A DNA stretch of 64,000 bases from Bacillota bacterium (GTDB lineage: Bacteria > Gemmatimonadota > Gemmatimonadetes > Gemmatimonadales > GWC2-71-9). Shown piece after piece: positions 1 through 10,274 of this stretch; the stretch's first letter is position 1, and each line of letters starts with the position of its first letter. Below the pieces are notes generated by a model that saw only the letters and a program-made list of their open reading frames with translations, ran no database searches and was not told the DNA's origin. A program made the translations under genes and the position numbers. Location of the stretch: positions 2,712 to 66,711 of the forward strand of contig JBLMWC010000012.1 in NCBI GenBank assembly GCA_050257015.1, written 5' to 3'.

Positions 1-1673
1 ATCGAGTCGCCGCCGGCGCGGAAGAAGTCCTCCTCGACACCCGCCGGCTCACGCCCGAGCACCTCGGTCCAGATCGACGCGACGATCTCCTCGACCGGCG
101 TGGCCGGCGGAGTCATCGTCTGAGCCGCCGGCGCCGCCTCGCTCGCCGTCACGCCCAGCGTCGCGGCGAGTCCGATCCGCTGCGGCTTGCCGGTCGGTCC
201 CTTCGGGAGCGCATCCAGGAAGACGACCTGACGCGGCACCTTGAAGTAGGCGACGCGCGTAGCGACCGACTCCCGCAGCTCGCCCGCAGTCGTGTGCGCG
301 CCGGGCCGGAGCACGACCGCCGCCGCGACCTCCTCACCGAGCGTCGGGTGCGGGACCGCAAACGTCACCGCCTGCGCGACCGCCGGGTGGCTCGTGAGCA
401 ACTCGTCGATCTCGAGCGGCGCGATCTTCTCGCCCCCGCGGTTGATGATCTCCTTGAGGCGGGCGGTCAGGAACAGATAGCCGTCGGCGTCGAGGTGACC
501 CTGATCGCCGGTCCGGAACCAGCCATTGGTGAACGACGCTGCGTTCGCCGCCGGGTTGCCGAGATAGCCGGCCGTGACATTGGCGCCGCGGATGACGACT
601 TCACCGGTCTCCCCGGTGGGAAGCAGCGTCCCGGCGCCATCCATGATCGCCACCTCGGGTCCCGCCGCCCGGCCGACCGATCCCGGCTTCCGCGCGGAGG
701 GCGGCAGCGGATTGCTCGCCATCTGGTGCGCCGCCTCCGTCATCCCATAGGCCTCGATCACCGGCACGCCGAACGTCCGCTCGAGCTCCGTGAGCGTCTG
801 GCGCGGGAGTGCCGATGACGACGAGCGGATGAAGCGCAGCTTCGACTCCGCGATGACGTCCGGAAACTCGGGGGCCCGCGCCAGAATCGCCTGGTGCATC
901 GTCGGCACGGCGGTGTACCAGGTCGGCGCGGAGGACCGCATCCAGTCGAAGAAGCGCGGCGCCAGAAAGCCGGGGGTGCACACCACCGAGCCGCCGGCCG
1001 TGAGCGAGGCGAGGGTCGCGGCGACGAGGCCGTGAATGTGAAACAGCGGCATCACGTTGAGACAGCGGTCGCCGGGTCCGAGCTGGAGGGTCCGTCCGAC
1101 GTTGCGGGCCGACGCGGCAAGGTTGGCGTGCCGCAGCGGGACGAGCTTGGGACGCGACGTCGTGCCCGACGTGTGCAGCACGAGCGCGATGTCATCGGGC
1201 GCGGGAGCACCGACCGCGGCCGGCGTGGGGAGCATGCCGTCGACGGTGAACCGTCCCGCGCTCTCCTCTCCGGCGGCCGCGACCTCGATCAGCGTGATCC
1301 CGCGGCGCCGGGCGATCTCCCGCGCCGGCGAATCGATCTCGCTCGAGATGACGAGCGACGTCGCCGCGAGATCGCCCAGATAGAACTCGAGCTCCTCGGC
1401 GCCGTAGGCCGGGTTCAGCGGGGCGCAGACGGCGGCGCTCGCGACCGACAGGAACACCGTCGCCGCCTCGGGCCCGTTGGGGACGATGGTCGCGACGGTG
1501 TCGGTCTGCCCGACGCCCCGCTGCCGAAGCTCGGCGCCCACGCCTCCGATCTGGCCGAGCAGCTGTGCGAAGGCGAGCGCCGGGCGCTCCCCGGGAGTTT
1601 CGATGGCCACGGCACCCGGGGTCTGCTCGGCAGCGATGGAGAGCAGACCGGGCACGGTCGTTCGAGACGGCAC
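1..1673 (-). CDS. AMP-dependent adenylating enzyme (acyl-CoA synthetase / NRPS A-domain-like) fused to a C-terminal carrier-protein (PCP/ACP) domain; 3' end runs off the window
   Basis: Absent from the ORF track because there is no stop inside the window. My minus-strand translation gives LVLHTSGTTSRPKLV (1140-1184, A3 core), YGMTEA, FRTGDQG..GYLFLTARLKEIINRGGEKI (A7/A8) and PKGPTGKPQR (A10). A linker then leads to EEIVASIWTEVLGREPAGVEEDFFRAGGDS (3-92, GGDS phosphopantetheine site). An in-frame TAA at 1674-1676 puts the start at GTG 1673 or a nearby downstream GTG. Confidence 0.85.
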   Translation of the reverse strand, partial: MPSRTTVPGLLSIAAEQTPGAVAIETPGERPALAFAQLLGQIGGVGAELRQRGVGQTDTVATIVPNGPEAATVFLSVASAAVCAPLNPAYGAEELEFYLGDLAATSLVISSEIDSPAREIARRRGITLIEVAAAGEESAGRFTVDGMLPTPAAVGAPAPDDIALVLHTSGTTSRPKLVPLRHANLAASARNVGRTLQLGPGDRCLNVMPLFHIHGLVAATLASLTAGGSVVCTPGFLAPRFFDWMRSSAPTWYTAVPTMHQAILARAPEFPDVIAESKLRFIRSSSSALPRQTLTELERTFGVPVIEAYGMTEAAHQMASNPLPPSARKPGSVGRAAGPEVAIMDGAGTLLPTGETGEVVIRGANVTAGYLGNPAANAASFTNGWFRTGDQGHLDADGYLFLTARLKEIINRGGEKIAPLEIDELLTSHPAVAQAVTFAVPHPTLGEEVAAAVVLRPGAHTTAGELRESVATRVAYFKVPRQVVFLDALPKGPTGKPQRIGLAATLGVTASEAAPAAQTMTPPATPVEEIVASIWTEVLGREPAGVEEDFFRAGGDS

Positions 1674-1864
1674 TTACCACTCCATTGAACGGGGATTCGG
1701 CCCGCCCCGTGCAAGAGTCATGCACTCGGCCGGCACCCGAAAACAGATCGGCAACGGTTGCAGGGAAACAACTTACGTCGCCGGCGAGCGCCGCCGCCAG
1801 CAGCACGCCACACCGGGCCGTGGCGCTGGGCCATCTGCATTCCGGCGGGGCCGGAAACGCAAGA

Positions 1865-1891
1865 GCCCCGCGCGTTGAGGCGTCGCGGGGC
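1865..1891 (-). terminator. Candidate intrinsic terminator downstream of glnN
   Basis: On the minus strand, GCCCCGCG-9 nt loop-CGCGGGGC (8-bp GC stem) is followed by CTCTTGCGTTTCC, a partial U tract. It lies about 35 nt after the glnN stop. Confidence 0.4.
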
Positions 1892-1925
1892 CCCTGGGGC
1901 GGTTCCGGCCGGCGTGTGGCCGGCG

Positions 1926-4085
<2,160 letters not shown>

Positions 4086-4147
4086 GCGGTCGGATCCTCA
4101 GGCGGAGGGTGGGGGTGTGGGCCTGGAAGGGCGAGAATGTAGCTGCG

Positions 4148-4246
4148 TGCACCCATTTGTGCAACTATTGCAGAATTACGGCCGCGGTTTCTCAGTTCAT
4201 CGATCAATTCGCGAATTGCGCACGCTGTGTTGTGCAGAAATTGCAG
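4148..4246. promoter_or_regulatory. Cluster of candidate operator elements in the glnN upstream region
   Basis: Dyad TGCAC-N6-GTGCA at 4148-4163. 17-mer TTGTGCAnnnATTGCAG at 4157-4173 and again at 4230-4246 (14/17 identical, 73 bp apart). Perfect 14-bp palindrome CAATTCGCGAATTG at 4205-4218. The region is visibly less GC-rich than its surroundings. Confidence 0.3.
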
Positions 4247-4306
4247 CACACGCTGGGCGACCGCGCAGGGGCGCGGGGCAAACACAACCCGATTTGCCGC
4301 AGCAGG

Positions 4307-5872
4307 TTACGCCTCGCCGCCCGCCGCTGCCGCCACGTTCCCGCCCTGCTCCATCGCCACTTCCGCCCGCAGGTTCTGCTTTTGGCGACGGGTCGCGGCT
4401 TCCGACCCCATCGCCAGCACCGACGCCACCGCCGCGATCCGGCCACCGTCATGATAGAAGAGCTGGGCATCCTTCCGCGCGATCGCTCCCGTGACCTCGA
4501 TCCGGTCCCAGCGCTCGGCGTGACCGAGATAGTCGACGTCGAGACCGAAGTGAAGACTCCAGAAGAACGGCACCGCGTCGAACCGCTCGCGCCGGCCGAG
4601 CATGTTGCGGGCGGCGGTCTGTCCCTGCCGCTCGGCGACGACCCAGTGCTCGACCCGGATCGGCTTCCCGCTCCGCGGATCGGGCCAGCGGGCGATGTCG
4701 CCCGCGGCGTAGATTCCCGGCACGCTCGTTTCCAGGAATTCGTTGACGGAGACACCCCGGTCCTGCGCGAGCCCCGCGCTCTCCGCGAGCTCGAGCCGCG
4801 GCTTCACGCCGATGCCGGCCACGACGAAATCCGCCTCCACCCGTCCGCCGCTTTCCAGCACCACCGCCGCGCGCTCGATCGCCCGGGGCCGCTCGTTCAG
4901 ATGGAACACCACGCCGTTGGCCTCGTGCTCGGCCCTGATTGCGTCGCCCAGCTCGGGGCCGAGGATCCGCTCCAGCGGGCGGTCCTCCATCGCGATCACA
5001 TGCACCTCGAGACCGCGGGTCCGGAGCGACGCCGCGACCTCGAGCCCGATGAAGCTCGCGCCGATGACCGCGACGCGCCGACGCCCCTCTGCCGCGCGCA
5101 CGATCGCGCGGCTGTCGGCGAGCGTGCGGAGGTAGTAGACCTCGCCGTCTACCGGAATCGTGAGCCGGTTGGGCTCGGCACCGGTTGCGATCAAGAGTGC
5201 ATCGAACGGGAGCCGGCGCGCATCCTCCAGCTCGAGCGTGTGGCCCGACTTGTCGATGCGCCGCGCCTTCGCCCGCACGATGTCGATCCCGTGCTCCTCA
5301 TAGAACGACGGGGGGTTGAGGGGAATCCATTCCTCCGGCGCATTCCCGGCGAGGTAGTCCTTCGAGAGGTTGGGCCGGTCGCAGGGCGCGTCTGGGTCCG
5401 CGTCCACCATCGTGATGCTCCCCTGATAGCCTTCGCGGCGGAGAGTGACCGCGGCAGCGTTGCCGGCGGCGCCGGCGCCGATGATCACGACGTTGACCGG
5501 CGCGGCACGCGCCGGCGCATGGGCCGGGGGCGTCACCTGTTCGGTGACGAAGATCCGGTCGCCGCGGCGCTCGGTGGCCCAGCAGGTGAGGTCGTGCAGC
5601 GCCGGCATCCGCAGGACGCGCCCGGTGCGCAGGTCGAAACAGGCGTGGTGCCAGGGGCAGCGCACGGTGTCTCCCACCATCAGCCCTTCCGCCAGCGGGC
5701 CGCCGTAGTGGGAGCAGGTCGCCGCGATGGCGAACCACTCGTCCCCGCGATGCGCGAGCAGCACGGCGTCTTTCCCGACGCGTCCGGCGATCATGGCGCC
5801 GTCCGGCACGTCGCCCGCGGCGATGCCCTGCGAGAAGTCAGGACCGGCTGGTGGTCCGCTCTGTTCAGCCAC
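4307..5872 (-). CDS. Rieske [2Fe-2S] domain fused to an FAD/NAD(P)-dependent pyridine nucleotide-disulfide oxidoreductase (AIF/ferredoxin-reductase-like)
   Basis: Rieske motifs CSHYGGPL..CPWHHACF, then a dinucleotide fold VVIIGAGAAGNAAA and a second VAVIGASFIGLEVA. The track start is GTG 5926. I prefer GTG 5872, which is preceded by GGGAGG 5 nt upstream and overlaps the upstream MFS stop by only 8 nt. Confidence 0.85.
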   Translation of the reverse strand: MAEQSGPPAGPDFSQGIAAGDVPDGAMIAGRVGKDAVLLAHRGDEWFAIAATCSHYGGPLAEGLMVGDTVRCPWHHACFDLRTGRVLRMPALHDLTCWATERRGDRIFVTEQVTPPAHAPARAAPVNVVIIGAGAAGNAAAVTLRREGYQGSITMVDADPDAPCDRPNLSKDYLAGNAPEEWIPLNPPSFYEEHGIDIVRAKARRIDKSGHTLELEDARRLPFDALLIATGAEPNRLTIPVDGEVYYLRTLADSRAIVRAAEGRRRVAVIGASFIGLEVAASLRTRGLEVHVIAMEDRPLERILGPELGDAIRAEHEANGVVFHLNERPRAIERAAVVLESGGRVEADFVVAGIGVKPRLELAESAGLAQDRGVSVNEFLETSVPGIYAAGDIARWPDPRSGKPIRVEHWVVAERQGQTAARNMLGRRERFDAVPFFWSLHFGLDVDYLGHAERWDRIEVTGAIARKDAQLFYHDGGRIAAVASVLAMGSEAATRRQKQNLRAEVAMEQGGNVAAAAGGEA

Positions 5873-7481
5873 GATGGCCTCCCATTGGCACGTGAATCGT
5901 ATGCGAGACGATGGGCGGGTTGACACCCCGGTGGAAGTGGCGGGCCCGCGCCTCGGTACGGCGATCGCTCATCGTCGCACGCGCGTGCTGCCGCATGTGT
6001 TCATCCCACGTCTCGGAAACGAAGGTCTCGAGATACCGGTCAGGCTCCGCGGTGTCGCGATAAAGTCCCCACGTTATGCCCCCGTCCCGCCGGCGGAGCC
6101 GGCCCACATCCTCCATCGCCGCGACGAACGCCGCGGCGTCCTCCGGTGCCACCCGGTACTCGATCGTCACCAGCACCGGCCCCGCGTCGGGATCGACGGC
6201 GCCGGTGAGGACCGGCTCCCGCCAGTGGCCTGACGGCGAGAGGTCGAGCCCTTCCCAGACGGCGATCCGGAACCGCCGCGTGAGCATGAGGCCGCCGAGG
6301 AGGACGGCGGTCGCGGCGGTGAGCGCGATCGGGAGCCCGAATGCAGTCGCCACCACGCCCCAGAAGGCGGCGCCGAGCGCCATCCCGCCCATGAACGCCA
6401 GGACGTAGACCGAGAGCATGCGGGCCCGGGCCCAGTCGGGAGAGGCGCGCTGGGTGGAGACGTTGAAGAGCGACATCGCCGCCATCCAGGCGAATCCGCA
6501 GATGACGAGTGCCAGGCAAAGGACCGGTACGATGCGCACCCACGCGAGGGTGATCGTCGCGGCGGCGTACGCCACGGTGGAGACGCCGACGATGCGGTCG
6601 GTGCTGAACCGGTGGCGCAGCCGGCCGAGCACCGCGCCCCCCACGATGGCGCCGACGCCGAGGCTCCCGAGGAGGAGCCCATAGCCGATGGCGCCGAGCC
6701 CGAGCTCCCGGCGGGCGAGCACGGGCAGGAGGGCCCAGAGCGCGCTGGCGCCGACGATGAAGGTGGCGCAACGGATGAGGACGGCGCGCACCGCCGGGGC
6801 GTTCCGGAGATAGCGCACGCCCGCGCGCATGGCGCCCGCGACCCGCTCGGCGGGCATGACCGACTCGCGCGGCTCTTTCCGCCAGCGCCAGAGCACCGTC
6901 ACCACGGCGACGAACGACACCGCGTTGATGAGGAAGACCCCGCCCGACCCGACCGCGGCGACGAGCAGCCCGCCGATCGCGGGGCCGATGGCGCGCGCGA
7001 TGTTGGTCGCGATCCCGTTGAGGGCGACGGCCTCCGTCAGCTCGCGGGGCGGGACGAGGTCCGGCGTCGTCGCCTGCCAGGCCGGAGTGTTGAGCGCGAC
7101 GCCGAGCCCCATCGTGAAGGTGAGGAAGAGGAGGAGCCAGGGCGTCATCGCCCCCGCGACCGTGAGGAGGCCGAGGACCACGGCGGCGCCGAGCATCCAG
7201 GTCTGCGTGATGAGGAGGAGGCGGCGGCGGTCGACGATGTCGGCCAGGGCGCCGGCGGGGAGCGCCAGGAAGAGGACGGGGAGACTGGTGGCGGTCTGCA
7301 TCAGCGCCACCATCAGCGTGGAGGTGCTGAGCGACGTCATGAGCCACGTCGCCGCCGTGTCGTGCATCCAGGTGCCGACGTTCGACGCGACCGTGGCGAT
7401 CCAGAGTGCGCGGAAGACCGGCCGCCGGAGCGGCGCCCATGCCGACTCCCGTGCGGCGCTGGCTGGCAGTACGTCGGACAT
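5865..7481 (-). CDS. MFS transporter (EntS/MFS_3-like) with a soluble C-terminal ABM/Dabb-like tail
   Basis: About 12 hydrophobic helices, then a tail of roughly 100 aa: VTIEYRVAPEDAAAFVAAMEDVGRLRRRDGGITWGLYRDTAEPDRYLETFVSETWDEHMRQH. The track start is TTG 7502. ATG 7481 has a GGAG 6 nt upstream. Confidence 0.8.
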   Translation of the reverse strand: MSDVLPASAARESAWAPLRRPVFRALWIATVASNVGTWMHDTAATWLMTSLSTSTLMVALMQTATSLPVLFLALPAGALADIVDRRRLLLITQTWMLGAAVVLGLLTVAGAMTPWLLLFLTFTMGLGVALNTPAWQATTPDLVPPRELTEAVALNGIATNIARAIGPAIGGLLVAAVGSGGVFLINAVSFVAVVTVLWRWRKEPRESVMPAERVAGAMRAGVRYLRNAPAVRAVLIRCATFIVGASALWALLPVLARRELGLGAIGYGLLLGSLGVGAIVGGAVLGRLRHRFSTDRIVGVSTVAYAAATITLAWVRIVPVLCLALVICGFAWMAAMSLFNVSTQRASPDWARARMLSVYVLAFMGGMALGAAFWGVVATAFGLPIALTAATAVLLGGLMLTRRFRIAVWEGLDLSPSGHWREPVLTGAVDPDAGPVLVTIEYRVAPEDAAAFVAAMEDVGRLRRRDGGITWGLYRDTAEPDRYLETFVSETWDEHMRQHARATMSDRRTEARARHFHRGVNPPIVSHTIHVPMGGHRG

Positions 7482-7617
7482 CAGGTCTCCTGGGACATCC
7501 AATCGAGCGCGTATCGCGCCCCAATGTCAACGGATGCGGCCCGGCCGCGCAACCATTCCGGCGTGAAATACGTCAGAGGAGAAAGCCACAGCTCACCGCG
7601 AACCACATGGAACCTGC

Positions 7618-10272
7618 ATGCGCCGATCTGCCGCCCTGAGCCTTTTCCTTCTGACAACCGTTTCCGCCGCCGTGCGCGCCCAGTCGGGCGCACAGCACGA
7701 CGCGACCCCCATCGTGGCGGCCGCGCCGCTGGCCGGCGAGTTGAGGATCGACGGCCGCCTCGACGAGGCGGCCTGGAATGCCGCCACGCCAACCACCCTT
7801 GCGACTCAGCTCGATCCGGACGAGGGTAAGCCGCCCACCGAGCGAACCGAGATCCGGGTTCTCATCGCGCACGACGCCGTCTACATCGGGGCGCGCATGT
7901 TCGACCACGAGCCGGCGCGCATCGTGCGCCGCCTGGCCCGCCGCGACGATCAGCCCGCCAGTGACCGGCTGACCATCCGGCTCGATGCGCGGCACGATCA
8001 CCTGACGGCATTTCTCTTCGATGTATATCCCGCCGGCAACAAGGGTGACGCCGCCGTCGGTTCGGACGGCAACCAGGATTACTCCTGGGATCCGGTCTGG
8101 GATCTGGCGACGTCGGTGGACTCGCTCGGCTGGACCGCGGAAATGCGGATCCCGCTCTCGCAGCTCCGCTACAGCACCGGCAGCGGCCGCTGGGGCATCC
8201 AGGCCGAGCGCTTCATCCAGCGCCGGCAGGAGAACGACGTCCTCTCGTATGTGCCGAAGAGCGAGCAGGAGGGCGTCAACCGCTACGGCCACCTCACCGG
8301 CATGGCCAGTCTGCCGAGCGCACGGCGACTCGAGGTGTCCCCGTACGCGTCGGCCACCGCCACCTACGCCACCGCAGAGCTGGGCGATCCGTTCCGGAGC
8401 GGCCACGACTATCTCGGCTCGGCGGGCGCGGACGTGAAGTACGGCCTCACCAGCGACCTCACCCTGGACGCCACGATCAATCCCGACTTCGGCCAGGTCG
8501 AGGTGGACCCCGCGGTGGTGAACCTCTCCGCGTTCGAGACGGTCTTCGACGAGAAGCGTCCCTTCTTCGTGGAGGGCGCCGACCTCTTCTCGTTCGGGCA
8601 GATCCGGACGTTCAACTCGTCCGGCACGCCGGTCACCTTCTTCTCCCGCCGGATCGGCCGCCCGCCGCAGGGGCCGCTCGGTGGTTCAGGCGCCTCGTTC
8701 ACCGACGAGCCCGACCAGACGACGATCGCGGCGGCCGCCAAGGTGACCGGCAAGACGCGGGGCGGCTGGTCGATCGCCCTCCTCGATGCCGTGACGCCGG
8801 ACGAGCACGGCCATTTCGTGGATGGCGACGGCGTCATTCAGTCGAGCACCGTCGAGCCGCTGACGAACTACTTCGTGGGCCGCGTCCGGCGCGAGCTCCG
8901 GGCCGGCAACACCGTGGTGGGCGGGCTCGTGACCGCAGTCGACCGCTCGCTCGGCGACACCGGGCTCGCCGACTTCCTCCGGTCGCACGCGTATCTCGGG
9001 GGACTCGACTTCAACCACTCGTGGGGCAACCGGACGTGGGCCCTGGATGGCTCGTTCGCCGCCAGCATGATCCGGGGCAGCGACTCGGCGATTCTCCGTG
9101 CGCAGCGCGCCAGCGCGCGCTACTACCAGCGGCCTGATGCGACCGCGCTTGAGCTCGACCCGACCCGCACGTCGCTTGGCGGGCACGCGGCGCAGCTCGC
9201 GCTGACGAAGCTGTCGGGCAAGCACTGGGGCGGGAACCTGGCGTACCAGGAGAAGAGCCCGGGCTACGAGACCAACGACGTCGGCCTGACCCAGACGGTG
9301 AACCGCCGCTCGGTCTCCACCGATCTCCACTATCAGGAGACGCGCCCCGGCCCGATCTTCCGGGACTGGATCGTGGGAATCCTGAGCGGCAACGACTGGA
9401 ACTGGGACGGCGACCACGTCGGGAGCTACATCGGCAACGTGATCAACGTGCGGTTCCACAACTTCTGGCGGCTGAACACCTTCTCGATGCACCAGTTCCG
9501 CTCCTACGACGACCAGCTCACCCGCGGCGGCCCGCTGGTGCGGCTCCCGCCGCGCAACAACATCAACGGAAGCCTGATCTCGCCGAACCTCGGCATCATC
9601 TCGCTGCGGTTCTCGGGCGAGTACAACTGGAACACAGCCGGCGGGTGGTACCGCTCGATCAGCACCCGCGCCACGGTGCATCCGGGCCCCAACTTCGAGT
9701 TGTCGGTCGAACCTTCGTACTCGCGCGGCAGGAACGTGTCGCAGTTCATCCAGCAGGTGAGCGATCCGACCGCCACCGCGACGTACGGCGTCCGGAGCGT
9801 CTTCGCGACAATCAGGGAGACCGACCTCGCGCTCGACACCCGGCTCAACTGGACGTTCTCCCCGAAGCTGAGTCTCCAGCTCTACGTCCAGCCGCTCATC
9901 GTGTCGGGCGACTACACCGACTACAAGGAGCTCAGGGCGCCGCGCAGCTTCGATTTCAATGTCTACGGACGGGACGCAGGCACCATCGCGTCCGACGGCA
10001 GCGGCGGCTTCGTGGTCGACCCTGACGCCGGCGGCCCGGCCCCGGCGTTCAACGTCGGAGACCAGAATTTCAACTTCCGTTCGCTCCGGGCCAACCTGGT
10101 CTTCCGGTGGGAGTACCGGCCGGGCTCGACGCTCTTTCTCGTCTGGCAGCAGCGGCGATCGGGAGTGGCTTCGATGGGTAACTTCGACTTCGGACGCGAT
10201 TTCGGCGCCATCTTCGACAACCCCGCCACCAACGTGCTGGCGGTCAAGGCGACCTACTGGCTGGGACTCTGA
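7618..10272 (+). CDS. Secreted DUF5916 / carbohydrate-binding family 9-like domain protein (probable outer-membrane protein)
   Basis: Signal peptide ending AVRAQS. N-terminus LRIDGRLDEAAWNAA..TERTEIRVLIAHDAVYIGARMFD..SDRLTIRLDARHD..GWTAEMRIPLSQLRY is typical of CBM9-like/DUF5916 proteins as I recall them. The remainder is long and beta-rich. Confidence 0.75.
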   Translation: MRRSAALSLFLLTTVSAAVRAQSGAQHDATPIVAAAPLAGELRIDGRLDEAAWNAATPTTLATQLDPDEGKPPTERTEIRVLIAHDAVYIGARMFDHEPARIVRRLARRDDQPASDRLTIRLDARHDHLTAFLFDVYPAGNKGDAAVGSDGNQDYSWDPVWDLATSVDSLGWTAEMRIPLSQLRYSTGSGRWGIQAERFIQRRQENDVLSYVPKSEQEGVNRYGHLTGMASLPSARRLEVSPYASATATYATAELGDPFRSGHDYLGSAGADVKYGLTSDLTLDATINPDFGQVEVDPAVVNLSAFETVFDEKRPFFVEGADLFSFGQIRTFNSSGTPVTFFSRRIGRPPQGPLGGSGASFTDEPDQTTIAAAAKVTGKTRGGWSIALLDAVTPDEHGHFVDGDGVIQSSTVEPLTNYFVGRVRRELRAGNTVVGGLVTAVDRSLGDTGLADFLRSHAYLGGLDFNHSWGNRTWALDGSFAASMIRGSDSAILRAQRASARYYQRPDATALELDPTRTSLGGHAAQLALTKLSGKHWGGNLAYQEKSPGYETNDVGLTQTVNRRSVSTDLHYQETRPGPIFRDWIVGILSGNDWNWDGDHVGSYIGNVINVRFHNFWRLNTFSMHQFRSYDDQLTRGGPLVRLPPRNNINGSLISPNLGIISLRFSGEYNWNTAGGWYRSISTRATVHPGPNFELSVEPSYSRGRNVSQFIQQVSDPTATATYGVRSVFATIRETDLALDTRLNWTFSPKLSLQLYVQPLIVSGDYTDYKELRAPRSFDFNVYGRDAGTIASDGSGGFVVDPDAGGPAPAFNVGDQNFNFRSLRANLVFRWEYRPGSTLFLVWQQRRSGVASMGNFDFGRDFGAIFDNPATNVLAVKATYWLGL

Positions 10273-10274
10273 CC

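Noticed and set aside
4086-4306. Sigma-54 promoter (TGGCAC-N5-TTGC) upstream of glnN
   Set aside because: I looked on the minus strand and found no GG-N10-GC element with the correct spacing, only TGCA-containing repeats.
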